From Tetramitus jugosus (lineage: Eukaryota > Protista > Heterolobosea), in assembly GCA_937625935.1 (NCBI GenBank), contig OW569382.1, positions 248,001 through 312,000 of the forward strand: 64,000 nucleotides of DNA, written 5' to 3'. The position numbers and the translations under genes were made by a program. This document shows, in pieces, positions 31,880 to 43,506 of the stretch. The notes under the pieces are model-generated. The model was not told the origin of the DNA, did not search any database, and saw only the letters and a list, made by a program, of their open reading frames with translations. Position 1 is the stretch's first letter; every line of letters begins with the position of its first letter.

Positions 31880-32734
31880 ATGGCAAATAACAACAAGGAT
31901 ATGGAAGAATACAAGCTGGCCGTCGTCGGTGGCGGTGGTGTTGGTAAATCAGCTCTGACTGTTCAATTCATCCAAAACATTTTCGTTGAAGAATACGATC
32001 CAACTATTGAAGATTCCTACAGAAAGCACGCCAAGGTTGACGATGTCGTATGTATCTCTATGCACTTCTCTCTCCCACACAACACACAATTTGCTTTTTT
32101 GAAGGCGCTCAATTTTTCACACACCATGAAAAATAATGGCAACGGCCAACCAAATCACAACCACAAAAGCTCTCTTCCCTTGTAACGAACAGTGGTGCCG
32201 GTGTGGTGTGAGAAAAAATGAGCGCCAAAAAAATACTTGTTTACAACGGGGGAACCAACAAACATGGACTGACACCAACGTATCATTATCATCATTTTAC
32301 AAAATAACAAAAAACAGACATGCTTCTTGGAAATTTTGGACACTGCTGGTCAAGAAGAATACAAGGCATTGAGAGATCAATACATGAGAACTGGTGACGG
32401 TTTCGTCATGGTCTACTCTGTCATTGACAGAAAGACTTTTGAAGAAATCAATGAGTTCTATGAGCAAATTTTGAGAGTAAAGGATGCTGATGCCGTACCA
32501 ATGGTATTGGTTGGTAACAAGTGCGATTTGGAGAGTGAACGTGTCATCTCTTCTGAAGAAGCAAAGAACTATGCCAAGGAGTTGAAGATTCAACACTTGG
32601 AAGCTTCTGCCAAGTTGAGAAAGAATGTTGATGAGTGCTTCTACGAGTTGGTCAGAGCTGTCCGTAGAGCAATCAACAAGAAGAACCCTGATACTAAGCC
32701 ACCAAAGAAGAATGGCAAGTGCCTCATTTTGTAA
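31880..32734 (+). CDS. Ras-family small GTPase; intron 32048-32317
   Basis: [31 protein letters not shown] and the CAAX motif CLIL. Confidence 0.95.
32104..32226. repeat. 23-bp inverted repeat (21/23 match) inside the Ras intron
   Basis: GGCGCTCAATTTTTCACACACCA (32104-32126) pairs with TGGTGTGAGAAAAAATGAGCGCC (32204-32226). Confidence 0.75.
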
Positions 32735-33001
32735 ATTTCTTCCGCTCCTCCCCCTGTCAGAGTAGTAGTAGTCGTCGTATTAAAGTTCATACAAATATCT
32801 AGATTCAAAAAAACAAATTTTGTTATTGATTGCCATCAGATGATTGTTTATTGGAAATGGTCTTGTTATCTTTTGCTTGAATGATGATCCTTTAAACAAT
32901 GGTTTTTTGCTCAACATGGAATACAATGCAAACACCACAATGCATATGTTGCGGTATGCGAGGTTGATTTAGTTAAATAGTTTTATATGAGGTGTATCCA
33001 C

Positions 33002-33907
33002 CTAATAGTTTGGAGGTGTATCCACTTCGTTGAAATTTGACTTGACTAGACTAGGAATCTCCACTGCACGTGGAGGTTCATTATGCTTTCGTTGTGGTAG
33101 AGAAGGCAATGACAGTGTTGGCATCGATATGTCTGGTAACTTATCCTTGAAGACCACATACAGGATATAGCCCAGAATGATACCTCCAAGCACAATGAAC
33201 ACGAACGTGGGAACAGCAGCAATAATCGTCACGATGATCAAACCAGCAATCTTTCCCTTGGAGTAAGCAATGGACAAGACGACTCTTGGAAAGTTGTTTG
33301 GATCATAGTAGCACGAGAGCTCACTGTTCACAACTAGAGAACTGAAAAAGTTGGTCACACATTGACCACCATCTTGCTTACAATCCTTGTAAATGTTGGA
33401 CGTGTAGTTTCCAGTGTATTGAGACGAGCTCACTGGATAGCTAACGATCACTTTTGGTCGATAGCACTGGAAACATCTCGTCGTGCAAGCACGATTCTTC
33501 ACACTATTACAACAGTAGCAGTTACAATTGTAGTAGGAGCAAGATCGACCTTTCCCCGTCCCCGAACATGAGCGGCAAGTTTGACAGCATTGTTTACAGC
33601 AATAATATCCCGCGCAACAGTCACTGACCTCCCCCGGCTTTAAAACAGCTTCCAAGTTGCTACAAGTGCTGAGACTCGAAACACACTCGGTACACTGACA
33701 AGTTCTCTGACAGCACGTATACGGATTATTCTCCTGTTGAAGCACCGTACAGCTCGACGATTTGTACCGGTTATGGATTTTTATCTCGGGATAATTCACT
33801 CCGAAAAATATGCCCGCCCATAGCGCGTAACAACTGAGAACGGCGAGAGGCAAACCGAGGAAAGCAAAAAGGTACCAATAAATTTTACTAATGCCTAGAA
33901 ATCCCAT
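33002..33907 (-). CDS. Two-TM protein with a very Cys-rich extracellular loop
   Basis: N- and C-terminal hydrophobic segments flank a loop with about 25-30 Cys ending in SCYYDP. Family not identified. Confidence 0.6.
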   Translation of the reverse strand: MGFLGISKIYWYLFAFLGLPLAVLSCYALWAGIFFGVNYPEIKIHNRYKSSSCTVLQQENNPYTCCQRTCQCTECVSSLSTCSNLEAVLKPGEVSDCCAGYYCCKQCCQTCRSCSGTGKGRSCSYYNCNCYCCNSVKNRACTTRCFQCYRPKVIVSYPVSSSQYTGNYTSNIYKDCKQDGGQCVTNFFSSLVVNSELSCYYDPNNFPRVVLSIAYSKGKIAGLIIVTIIAAVPTFVFIVLGGIILGYILYVVFKDKLPDISMPTLSLPSLPQRKHNEPPRAVEIPSLVKSNFNEVDTPPNY

Positions 33908-34123
33908 CGTGTTCGGTCTTGTCTGTTATGGATATGATATCGAATTGTTGTTTGTTGTTTGTGAGATTTGCAAAGTAACTCGATGAGAACTTGGAATTTT
34001 ATCCCCGGTGACAGGGAAAGAATCAACCAGTGACCTTATTTCCATCGCGCTATTTGAAATCGGACAATTGAACATTGAACTAGTGACATTGAAGTGACAT
34101 TTTACAGTTTTTTTAGGGCTTGT

Positions 34124-35770
34124 TCAGATTTCGTCTTTTGGATGAATGATTTTGTCTGTTGTAAACTTTGAGGTCGTGTTCTCCATAATCTCCCAATCAT
34201 CATCCTCTGGGTCATCAGCTTCCCGGAAATATTTGGGTACGCGATTAGTTTCGATTACTTGTTTGTTCTTTGAAGGAGTTATGATACGAGCAGGCGTTGA
34301 GTTATTGGGTTCTGCTGAGCTGGGAGAGGAACCTGAATATTCTAATATTACTGGATCAATATGAGGGACGAGCTCACGAAGACTGGGTAATTCTGTTGGA
34401 ACATAGGTGGATTGGCTGGTGTCTGATTCAGGAAACACAACATCAGTATCTGCGTCCAAATCTGTCATGTCGTACTCATTCATATCAACAAAATCACTTT
34501 CACATTCTGTTGTTACGACATCTTCTAGAGGAAATCCATAGTCTCTTGAGTTTACTTTCTCAGAGACTGAATTTTCCTCTGATTCAGTACTAACGAAAGA
34601 TGAAGCTATTTCATGAGTGGGTGTTTCCGTTGTCTTCTTTTCAATTGTTACTTGTATAAAGTCATCTTGTTCTTCGTCGCTCTCCACAGTTGACAGATGG
34701 ACATTGGTGTTTGGTACAGCGATTGACGTTTTTGCTTGGGATTGTCGCAATTTGTTATAACACTCCTCAAGCATCTTGAGTTTTTTCCTCAAATCTTCAA
34801 TATGTTCCTTATCACTTGCTTGCTGTTTGTAGGACCGAACAACTTGTTCACTCAGATCTAACACTTTCTTGTGTTGACCTTCAAGCATTGTGCACAGGTT
34901 GAACTTTGGTTCCTCGTCAAATCCTGCCTTCACACTAAGCGTAAAGTTATCAATACCTGTAATGGCCTGAGATTTCGATCGACTCGTACCAGACACTGTC
35001 ATGTATCCGAAGCGAATCATAGATCCCTTGTTTGAGAAATCCATAGGCATTGTTAGCTCGCTTACAATCACAGCATTCAAGGAACTACTAGCACAGTCAC
35101 TATTCGTATCGCTTTTTGAGCGGTGAAAGATCTCTGTTCGATCAATCAACTGACAAAAGTCATCAGATTTGATATTCTTTGCAACAAATCGTTTCCATGA
35201 GCTATTGCTATGAGTCAATTGAAAAACAGCCTTATTACACATGAACAATCTCCCATTTTGCTCTGCTAATAGCACATAGGATACAGTGTCATTATCCATC
35301 ATTTCAACTGAAATCAGATCCATGCTCAACTGAACGGACGAGATTCCATTGATGAAACGAGGTTGAACCATTGCAAAACGGTTCATATGACTCACAACCA
35401 TCACAGATCTCTTTGCTACTCCAATATGAGCACCACTCTTGATCATATTCACCAGTTTGAGGGTCTTGTTTGGTATCGTGCATGACCATTCTTGAATAAG
35501 CTGTCGGAATGCAGCACAAGAGCTCTTGCTCCCCTCTGAAGAAGGGCAATATTTGGGTACGGTAGAGCCTCCTTCACTCACGTGAGACACAAGATATGTA
35601 CTGTCGCACGAGTCATCAAACTGGTCATCGCTTCTAATGACCGCCGTACATGGCGGCATTTCATGGTTGGCGCCATTTTTCCAAGGTTGGCAATTGGATA
35701 GTTTACAATCGATCCACTCCGATTCAAGAAACGTCGAATCGTTAAAGGTAATGTTGTTATGAATGTTCAT
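34124..35770 (-). CDS. Hypothetical protein: globular N-domain, coiled coil, acidic tail with LIR-like motifs
   Basis: 548-aa ATG ORF with DDFIQV, SDFVDM and DDWEIM in the acidic tail. Confidence 0.6.
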   Translation of the reverse strand: MNIHNNITFNDSTFLESEWIDCKLSNCQPWKNGANHEMPPCTAVIRSDDQFDDSCDSTYLVSHVSEGGSTVPKYCPSSEGSKSSCAAFRQLIQEWSCTIPNKTLKLVNMIKSGAHIGVAKRSVMVVSHMNRFAMVQPRFINGISSVQLSMDLISVEMMDNDTVSYVLLAEQNGRLFMCNKAVFQLTHSNSSWKRFVAKNIKSDDFCQLIDRTEIFHRSKSDTNSDCASSSLNAVIVSELTMPMDFSNKGSMIRFGYMTVSGTSRSKSQAITGIDNFTLSVKAGFDEEPKFNLCTMLEGQHKKVLDLSEQVVRSYKQQASDKEHIEDLRKKLKMLEECYNKLRQSQAKTSIAVPNTNVHLSTVESDEEQDDFIQVTIEKKTTETPTHEIASSFVSTESEENSVSEKVNSRDYGFPLEDVVTTECESDFVDMNEYDMTDLDADTDVVFPESDTSQSTYVPTELPSLRELVPHIDPVILEYSGSSPSSAEPNNSTPARIITPSKNKQVIETNRVPKYFREADDPEDDDWEIMENTTSKFTTDKIIHPKDEI

Positions 35771-36009
35771 ACTATGTTTCTATTTCTTTTGTTGTTGCTG
35801 TGTTCTTGTTGTGTTGGGAGAGAGAAGCATTAGGTTGAAATCAAAATCACAACTTCCCGTCAGAGTACTTCCATCTTGTTAATCGAACATTCTGCTCTCA
35901 TTTTCGCCGAACCTTCGGGGAAAAGATGCCCAACCGGCCAGTTCAATGAATTACTTCTTTTACAGTGTTCAGAGCACACCAAAACCCCGTCAATTATTGT
36001 AGATAATCA

Positions 36010-36336
36010 ATGAAGGTTCATTCTATTGTTATTCTAACTCTGCTCGTAGTGCTCGGTTTTCTCACTGTCCAAGCTGTTCCCATTGGACCTTCTTGCTTCG
36101 GCGTCCCTTTTGATAGCCCCAACACTTGTGGTAGTCACGGAATTTGTGTTGACGAAGATGATTGTAAATGTTTTGGAAACTGGCAGGGTTCCAACTGCGA
36201 CATAACTTCGTGCTTTGGATTTACCTCTGGATTGAAAGACAAGGTTTGTTCAGGCCATGGAGAATGTGTTTCAAGGGACGTGTGTAAGTGCAACCCAGGA
36301 AGAGGTGGTCATAGATGCCAAGTAGTTCTCCCATAG
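36010..36336 (+). CDS. Small secreted protein with two EGF-like (tenascin-type) repeats
   Basis: Signal peptide followed by two SCFG...CxxHGxC...CxC...GxxC repeats. Confidence 0.8.
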   Translation: MKVHSIVILTLLVVLGFLTVQAVPIGPSCFGVPFDSPNTCGSHGICVDEDDCKCFGNWQGSNCDITSCFGFTSGLKDKVCSGHGECVSRDVCKCNPGRGGHRCQVVLP

Positions 36337-36452
36337 GCAAAAACTCAAGTTCATCCATACATAACCAAAGTTATTGAATAAAAACTAGGAATATCTGTAG
36401 ATGGAGGGAACAACTTCAATGAAACAATCAAAAACAAACCTTGTGCAAAAAA

Positions 36453-37148
36453 ATGAAGAGACAAATTTTGGTGACGTCAAGTCACATGATGAAACAACTT
36501 GGATCTGTTGTTGCTTCTGTTGCGAAACCACATGATGTTCTTCTCCTCACTGGCGAAATGGGATCGGGAAAAACTGCGTTCGCCCAGGGATTCATTCAAA
36601 AGCTTTGTAACGATGAATCAATGTCCGTTCCGTCCCCCACTTTTTTCCTTGACAATACGTATCCTGTGAAGCTACCATCGTTGATGCGATCTGGTAGATC
36701 CCATCACCATCGTGATGAAAAGGATGCATCTTCTTCCGTTGTCGTTCATCACATGGATCTCTATCGTCTGGGAAAGATGACTCCACAAAACTTGGCCCGG
36801 TTGACCATACCAGAGGTTTTTCAGATGAATACAATTTCGTTGATTGAGTGGGCGGATAGTCTCATTGAGTACAATGAACATCACAATCAAGTGCTACACT
36901 TTAATCGGCTGCCAATCTTGCATGTGACGATGCATTACAATCTCGAAAAGTTCTCGAGTTTGCTCATAAACAAGCACAATAGCGACATGGACGATAGTGA
37001 AGAGGGAGGAGAAGGAGACGAAGATAGACTCGTTACTCTGTCCACTGATAGTGACGATTGGACAGCTAGGATAGACACTGTGTGGACTATGATGGACCAA
37101 CTTAGTAAGCATCAGACACAAACATTTGGTAGTGCCAGTGATGAATAA
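36453..37148 (+). CDS. tsaE: tRNA threonylcarbamoyladenosine biosynthesis ATPase TsaE (YjeE)-like
   Basis: LTGEMGSGKT, VPSPTF, HMDLYRL and LIEWA are all TsaE signature motifs. Confidence 0.9.
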   Translation: MKRQILVTSSHMMKQLGSVVASVAKPHDVLLLTGEMGSGKTAFAQGFIQKLCNDESMSVPSPTFFLDNTYPVKLPSLMRSGRSHHHRDEKDASSSVVVHHMDLYRLGKMTPQNLARLTIPEVFQMNTISLIEWADSLIEYNEHHNQVLHFNRLPILHVTMHYNLEKFSSLLINKHNSDMDDSEEGGEGDEDRLVTLSTDSDDWTARIDTVWTMMDQLSKHQTQTFGSASDE

Positions 37149-37426
37149 AGTGGGAATGAAACATTTATTAGTTGAGTCATTTGTTGCTTTTTCGGTCAGT
37201 TCTTCCTATCATAGTGTTAATATCATTCATTGGCTTTCGTAAATTATTGCTGATGTTGTTGGTTGTTGGTGTGGTTGATGTTGTTAAGGTTTCTAATGAT
37301 AAGAATGTTGTAAATATCGAGAGCGGTGTGTACCGTTCTTTACAATATCGGTTTCCATCCATTGCGGTACACTCATCTGAAAATATTAGTTGTTGAATTG
37401 TAATGAGTGGCCTTGCAGTGGACTTC

Positions 37427-40276
37427 TTACACTTGGTAGAGTGCTTGAAGCTTTTGCTTCAAATCAGCAGGGAGACTGTTGATAAAGGCGACCCAGGCTT
37501 GTTCATGCAGAGCTTGCTTGAAGCCATTGAAAATCTTTTGGAATTCTTCCTTCATCTCTCTTGATGGATCTGGATAGGCAACAATAGCATCACAAACGAG
37601 AGCAAATGTCTCGAATACACCGTGAGGATTCGTTCTAATCAAAACGCACAATCCCCGGTATGTGTGCTCTCTTTCGACTTCGTTTCTGATTCTGCGCAGA
37701 GACAAGAACCAATTCTTGCCAAAGGTGGCGAGACCAGGGGCCACAATCTCTGGAGCAACCAGACCCAATCTACCAATGGTAATGGCAATATTCTCCAATA
37801 GACGAATATTGTTGTCTGGATCTTGAATGATTGGTAGAATATTGTTCATGATATCAGCAGCAAATGGCTTCATATCAGGACCCACTTGCACAGCAATCTC
37901 ACCCAGTGCCCATGTGGCATTGTTGGACACAAATGCAGGTGCAGGAGCAACATTCTTTGTGAGGACGGCAATGTAGTTGGCAAGCACAGGTCTCAAGTGA
38001 CCAATGCATGTTCTTGCCAAATCACCAACTAATCCGAATGCGGATTGTCTAATGTCTTCTGTCTGATCTTGCATACATCTGAACAAGAGTGGCAACAGAT
38101 TAGAATCGGCTACCAATGATTCCACATTTGGTCCCAATCCTTCAATGATACCACTGACAAGATCTAGGGAGCAGACAATAAAGTCAATCTCTGGGAATTC
38201 CAAATCATTTGCCAAGGCATAGTCAATTTGGACATAAGTCTTCTCGATCAGTGTTAGGCATCTCTTGAAGACTGGTGGAGCAAATTGTTGGAATCCGGTT
38301 CTCAATGCACCAGCAACTCCAGTCAAGCACTCGAGCAATGGGAACAAGCATTTGTCACCATCGTCCAACTTGTTCCACTTTTGAATGAGAGGAGGCATGA
38401 GCTTTGAGATATATTCAGGGTTGTTGAGCTTGTCACCTACAGAGTCAGTCAATGCTCTAATGGCATCATACAGAACGAAAACATTCTTCTTTTGATAGAT
38501 CTGGAATGCTTGAGAAATAGTATCGAGCACTATGCCGAGATATGGCACCAACAGGAGACATGCTCTCTCTTCCAATGTAGCAAAGGCTGAGCAAGCAGCT
38601 TCTTGAACTCTCTTGTTAACGTCCAACATTTTTTGTAGCAATGAAACCAACACAGGCTGCAAGCATGTGTTTGCCTGTTCGACAACCCATCCAGAGTATC
38701 TGCTCAGAGTCCAGCACGTAATACTTCGCACCAAAGGCTTAGGATCATTCATCACGGACACTAAATAAGGAACAAGTCCAGCCAAGTGAGTAGACATACC
38801 ACCGCTGCATCCTTCTGCAACAGCACCCAACGCCAGAATGACACTCTCTCTGACTTCCCATGGTTGATTTGGCAGCATCTTTTCTTGAATCAATGGGAGC
38901 AAAATGGGCAGAATTGCATCACCAAAGCACATTGAGAATGTGTCTAGACTGCTGGCAGCACATTTTCTGAGATTCCAGTCGTGACCCTGAGCAAAGTCAT
39001 CAAACTCCTCATCGTCCTCGTCTTCTTCGTCCTTGTCCTCATCAATGGACTCTCCACCGTGATGACTCTTGGGACGAACGAAAAAGTTGCTTGGTGAAAT
39101 GTCAGAGTCTCTGTCTGGCATGCTTGACTCTTCTTCGAGCATAATGCGATCACTCTGTGCGTAAATCATACATTTGAGCAAAACAGGTATCAAAGCAGGC
39201 AAAACCTTTTGAATGTCGGACATGAACTGAGAACAGGAATCGCTCTCGGCAATCATACTCCAAAATTCACAGGCTTCCAATGCCAACTCCTCATCCGAAT
39301 CATTTGTGCACACAATCATAAACTGGATAATGTCCTTGATGTATGGGCTGAGGAATTTTGGATTGTCCAACATGACAACAAATGCTCTGCACACAAATCT
39401 CTTTACTCGCTTGTTCGGATCACTTGTGGCCAAATGGAAAAGTCCCTTCAAGAAATTGTCCATGTGCAACAAGAGTGCATTCGGAATGGTTTCATTCGGC
39501 AGGAATTGAATCAGTGCAATCAGTGCATTCTTTCTCACAGTTTCATCACTATGACCCATAAACATAATCAATTTTGGAATCAACACATCCAATGGCTTCG
39601 TATCATCATATATCAACTGTTCTGGGCTGTCTTCAGCAATCTTTAACACGGCATCGACTGCTCCCTGAACAGCAAACAAGTTATCCTTTGAATCCATGAG
39701 TGCAACCAATCGATTGATCAAATCTGGCCACAATTCCAACTGAATGTGAGTCACGATGCTTGTGACGAGTGAACCTGCAGTGTTTCGAATATAAATGACT
39801 GGATCACTCAGTGCATTCACAACGACTTGTTTAATGTGAGTGAGAGAGACTTCTGGAATGTGAGAAAACGATGTTCGTATATTGTTCTTCAATATCAAAC
39901 CAGCTGCTTGTCTAAGCTCTGGGTCCTTGTCCTTCATATTCGCAAAAATGTACACCAGATAATTGTTAAAGTCTGGGACATTGGCTTTAAAATTGGCCAA
40001 TTGCTATAGTTTTCAATGTTGAGTGTATTGATTGATGGTCGATTATTTTTTTTGGAGCATTTTGGTTTTTACCGAAAAAAATGTGTTAGCAAAAAAAAGC
40101 TCTCACAAAATGATGATGATAGTGATCAATGGGTTCACATGTGTGTGGTGTATGACACGAATGGAGAGACATACCCTTGTGCACTCGGCTTGAACTTGAT
40201 TGTCATATGTTCGACTGTTGACAAGAAGTTGAAGAATTTGTGCAAGTCCTTGCTCGTTTGGTTGCCAGTTTGACAT
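37427..40276 (-). CDS. TNPO1: Transportin-1 (importin beta-2); intron 40004-40174
   Basis: Exon 1 MSNWQPNEQGLAQILQLL. HEAT repeats, acidic loop followed by WNLRKCAASSLD, NKRVQEAACSAFATLEE and LLENIAITIGRLG. Confidence 0.95.
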
Positions 40277-40638
40277 GTTGTTTCGGTGAGCAAATGTTTG
40301 TTTGTGTGTGGGCTTTTAAAAAAAAAGAGGAAAAGGTTTGTTTTGTTGTTGTTGTGTGCGGTGGCGCTTGAGAGTTTTTTTGAGTGTTCGAGCTCCACGC
40401 TGTGTGTTGTGAAAAAAAGAGGTGGTGGCACTCAGGGGAATTGCGCCACCAGCGTCAAAATCAGAAGCGAAAGAGAGATTGTGTGAAGCTCTTTTTTCCG
40501 ATCATTTCAATTTCAAGGAATTAGTTGAAGCTCGTCAAATTGACGAGATCGGTCCGAAAGGACACAAATTTGAAGCGAAGGTGGTTGAATCTCCATTCAC
40601 AAATGAGGTTGTATTACTTGTACATTCAACTTTGTATT

Positions 40639-41439
40639 TTATTTGCTATCACTAGCACTGGAGCTCTTCAATCTTTGTTGTGTCGCCTCGAGAATCTTGC
40701 GTCTGTCGGCCGACATGACTGGCGAATCCCCACCATTGCTCTTGAGGGAATTGCTGGAGCTTGTTTTGGCCAAGTTGTTTCCGTCTGGTTGAGGGCTGGC
40801 ACCACCACTCGTAGATGGCTTGGTCCAACTCGACAACCGTCCAAAAAAGGTATTACTGGTCGTTTCAGAAGAAGCTGTAGAAGCAGTAGAAGCAGAGCTT
40901 CCCAGAGCTCTTCCCTCACCACTAAACGCACTAAACGATGGTTGTTGGCTTTGTTGCAAATCAGCAGGAAAAGACACGCTTTCTGAACCGTTTGGCACTG
41001 CACGATCACCAAATGCATCCTTTGGCAGCATCCAGCTAAAAGCACTACCAAGACCTGCAGCTCTGTTCACCCAACCAGGAAACGAGGACTCAGGAACGAG
41101 CTTCTCCGAGAACGCCTTGGCAAAATGATTGCAGTTTCGTTGTAAAATGTGATAATTTCCCTCTCTTTTCAAAGTTTCGGCGACTTCAGCGGCAATTTTT
41201 GTAATTTCGGCCGAGTTCTTGTTCGTGTGACCAAGAAGGATGGATTCCCGATAGAGAACACCATATGCTTTCTTTGGTTCGTTGCGGAATGGTCCGTCTG
41301 TTCCCCAAGAGTACTCTACCCCGTTGACTTCGAGTCCACTGTGATAGAGACCGAAACCTAGCTTATAGTATGATACGTTGCTCTCTGAGAGATCATAAAC
41401 ATGGAGAGTGACAGGTGTGTTGCCAACAGGTTTTGCCAT
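40639..41439 (-). CDS. PPPDE/DeSI-family isopeptidase
   Basis: LHVYDL, GLYHSGLEVNGVEY and YHILQRNCNHF (His/Cys dyad). Confidence 0.9.
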   Translation of the reverse strand: MAKPVGNTPVTLHVYDLSESNVSYYKLGFGLYHSGLEVNGVEYSWGTDGPFRNEPKKAYGVLYRESILLGHTNKNSAEITKIAAEVAETLKREGNYHILQRNCNHFAKAFSEKLVPESSFPGWVNRAAGLGSAFSWMLPKDAFGDRAVPNGSESVSFPADLQQSQQPSFSAFSGEGRALGSSASTASTASSETTSNTFFGRLSSWTKPSTSGGASPQPDGNNLAKTSSSNSLKSNGGDSPVMSADRRKILEATQQRLKSSSASDSK

Positions 41440-41739
41440 TATGTTATTTGGAGGAGATATTTGAGGTTGTTGATGTGGAAGTTTGGGTGGTTTTGTTGTT
41501 GATTTGAGTTTGTTTTGTGTCGGTTTTGTGCGCGAGAACACAGCCTAAAGATGCGATTCTTTTTTTCGATTCCCTCTATTCAAATACACATATTCCTCAG
41601 ATTACAATATCCAAACCACCCAAACCACTCCAACGATACACTGTGTATTCTGACCATTTGAGGGCAATGACACCCACCTTATCACAAGCAAGTGATTTTG
41701 CTTGTTTTTGAACAACAATTTTTATTTGATGATCAATGA

Positions 41740-42156
41740 TTAAGCTTCCATTGCTTCCATGGATTCCTTTTCTCGATTGCTCCTATAGTACATCCAATGC
41801 CTTCGTTGCTGATCCATCAAAAATTGTGAGAATCCTGCTTTGGCACACTCGGATCGAAATCCTTCATCTTGCAACCGATCCAAATAGTAGAGACAGTTGG
41901 GGTACATGATAAACTTGGAGTACTCTGGTTGTTTCCAATATAATAAATATTTGAGGTAGCTAATGAATGACTTGTCTTCAAAGTACTTGTACTGTGCCAA
42001 GTGTTGCAAGTAAAAGGGATTGGCAAGCATTTGAACAAATTCTAGTTCGACTTGAAATCGAATTTGTTCTTCTTCGTCTATGGGTGCGGTGGTATCGGCT
42101 TCCTCGTCTTGTTGTTCCTTCTCATTTTTTATGACTGGATTGCTTGTGTTCATCAT
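41740..42156 (-). CDS. MED31: Mediator subunit 31 (SOH1)
   Basis: RFQVELEFVQMLANPFYL...YLKYLLYWKQPEYSKFIMYP. Confidence 0.95.
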   Translation of the reverse strand: MMNTSNPVIKNEKEQQDEEADTTAPIDEEEQIRFQVELEFVQMLANPFYLQHLAQYKYFEDKSFISYLKYLLYWKQPEYSKFIMYPNCLYYLDRLQDEGFRSECAKAGFSQFLMDQQRRHWMYYRSNREKESMEAMEA

Positions 42157-42426
42157 GTTCTCTCGTTTTCCGCTTTTTTGTTCAAGAGATCACTCGAACC
42201 AAATTCTAAAATACCGATCAAAAAGGCGCCAAGAACTCATCTGTCGTTTACAATTTCATAGCCAGGTTGACAACGACCATGTTCAATCAGCTATAAATTC
42301 TGTGCACAAAAACAAACAACTACAGTTTCTTACCACCAATACAAAAAAAATCAAATACAATAATCTCCATCTTAACTTAAAGCTTTGAAGCTCTATTCAA
42401 CAATCATACCTCCAATACAAAAAATA

Positions 42427-43506
42427 ATGACTCATACAACCAACAATCAAGAATACCCTACCAGTAGAGCCATAGAAGAACGTTACAGTACTCTGTCTCT
42501 GGATACGGAAGCAATGACTCTGAATAGTCTATTGAATTTTACTCCAAGTGATACCATCACTACCCAAGAACAACACTCGAACAGAGTTCCCTTTTCCAAG
42601 TCTTCCTCCTCTGCTCCCTCTCCCTGTAATCATCATCATCATGAACAGCAACTGCAACAAAAAGACCAAACTCAAAAATTTCAACACCATGATGAAATTA
42701 TCACCCAAGAACAAGAACAAGAAGCAGAAGCTTGGCTCTTTGAACAAAATGTTCAACACACAGTGTCTCAGTGTATTGATACTCTGTTTTCAACCAACCA
42801 TTCTAGGAGTGAAGATGAACATGCCATACAAAAACACATGGAGCAACAACAGCCATTTGCCTATCATTTGTTGAGTCAAGTTCCACCCTACTTGAACCAA
42901 TGTAACATTGTTCATTCAAGAATACAAAAACTCGTCCATGATGATGCAAGTGTAAAGCTCAACAGCCAACCAAGTTGTCCTCTGTCCAGTGATCATCATG
43001 ATGTAGTTGTTGTTGGATCATGCCATCACAACAACTCCCTTTCATCATCATCATCATCACCAACTGCAACTACAACTGACAATCACAAGTACAAGACAGA
43101 GCTATGTAGGTCATACTTTGAAACTGGTCATTGTCGATATGGCAAAAAGTGCAAGTTTGCTCATGGGAGACAAGAGCTAAAGACTGTTGTTCGTCACTCC
43201 AAATTCAAGAGTGAACTCTGCTACAATTATCATTATTGTGTGACTTGTGTTTGTCCCTATGGTGTTCGTTGCTGTTTTTTGCACGAGATCCCATTAGAAT
43301 TCTTGGGAAAAGCTGTCGCCGAAAATATTGACTCTGTTTTGTTGTATCAGAGCAATCTGCGATTGAAAGCTTTCACTGAGCTATGTGAACAAAAAGAGGA
43401 GGAACCGGTGGCCCTTAGTGAGATGATGAAAAACAGAGCAAAAGAACCAAGTTTGGGAACGAGATGGAAGAAGAATGAAAATCAGGGGTTGTATCATAGA
43501 GCCTGA
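42427..43506 (+). CDS. Tandem CCCH zinc-finger protein (TIS11/ZFP36-like)
   Basis: KYKTELC-x8-C-x5-C-x3-H and a second KFKSELC finger with longer spacing. Confidence 0.85.
   Translation: MTHTTNNQEYPTSRAIEERYSTLSLDTEAMTLNSLLNFTPSDTITTQEQHSNRVPFSKSSSSAPSPCNHHHHEQQLQQKDQTQKFQHHDEIITQEQEQEAEAWLFEQNVQHTVSQCIDTLFSTNHSRSEDEHAIQKHMEQQQPFAYHLLSQVPPYLNQCNIVHSRIQKLVHDDASVKLNSQPSCPLSSDHHDVVVVGSCHHNNSLSSSSSSPTATTTDNHKYKTELCRSYFETGHCRYGKKCKFAHGRQELKTVVRHSKFKSELCYNYHYCVTCVCPYGVRCCFLHEIPLEFLGKAVAENIDSVLLYQSNLRLKAFTELCEQKEEEPVALSEMMKNRAKEPSLGTRWKKNENQGLYHRA

Noticed and set aside
11969-41439. Functional proteostasis gene cluster (E2-UFD1, p62-like, DeSI, FKBP)
   Set aside because: The genes are scattered among unrelated genes at a density expected by chance in a eukaryote.
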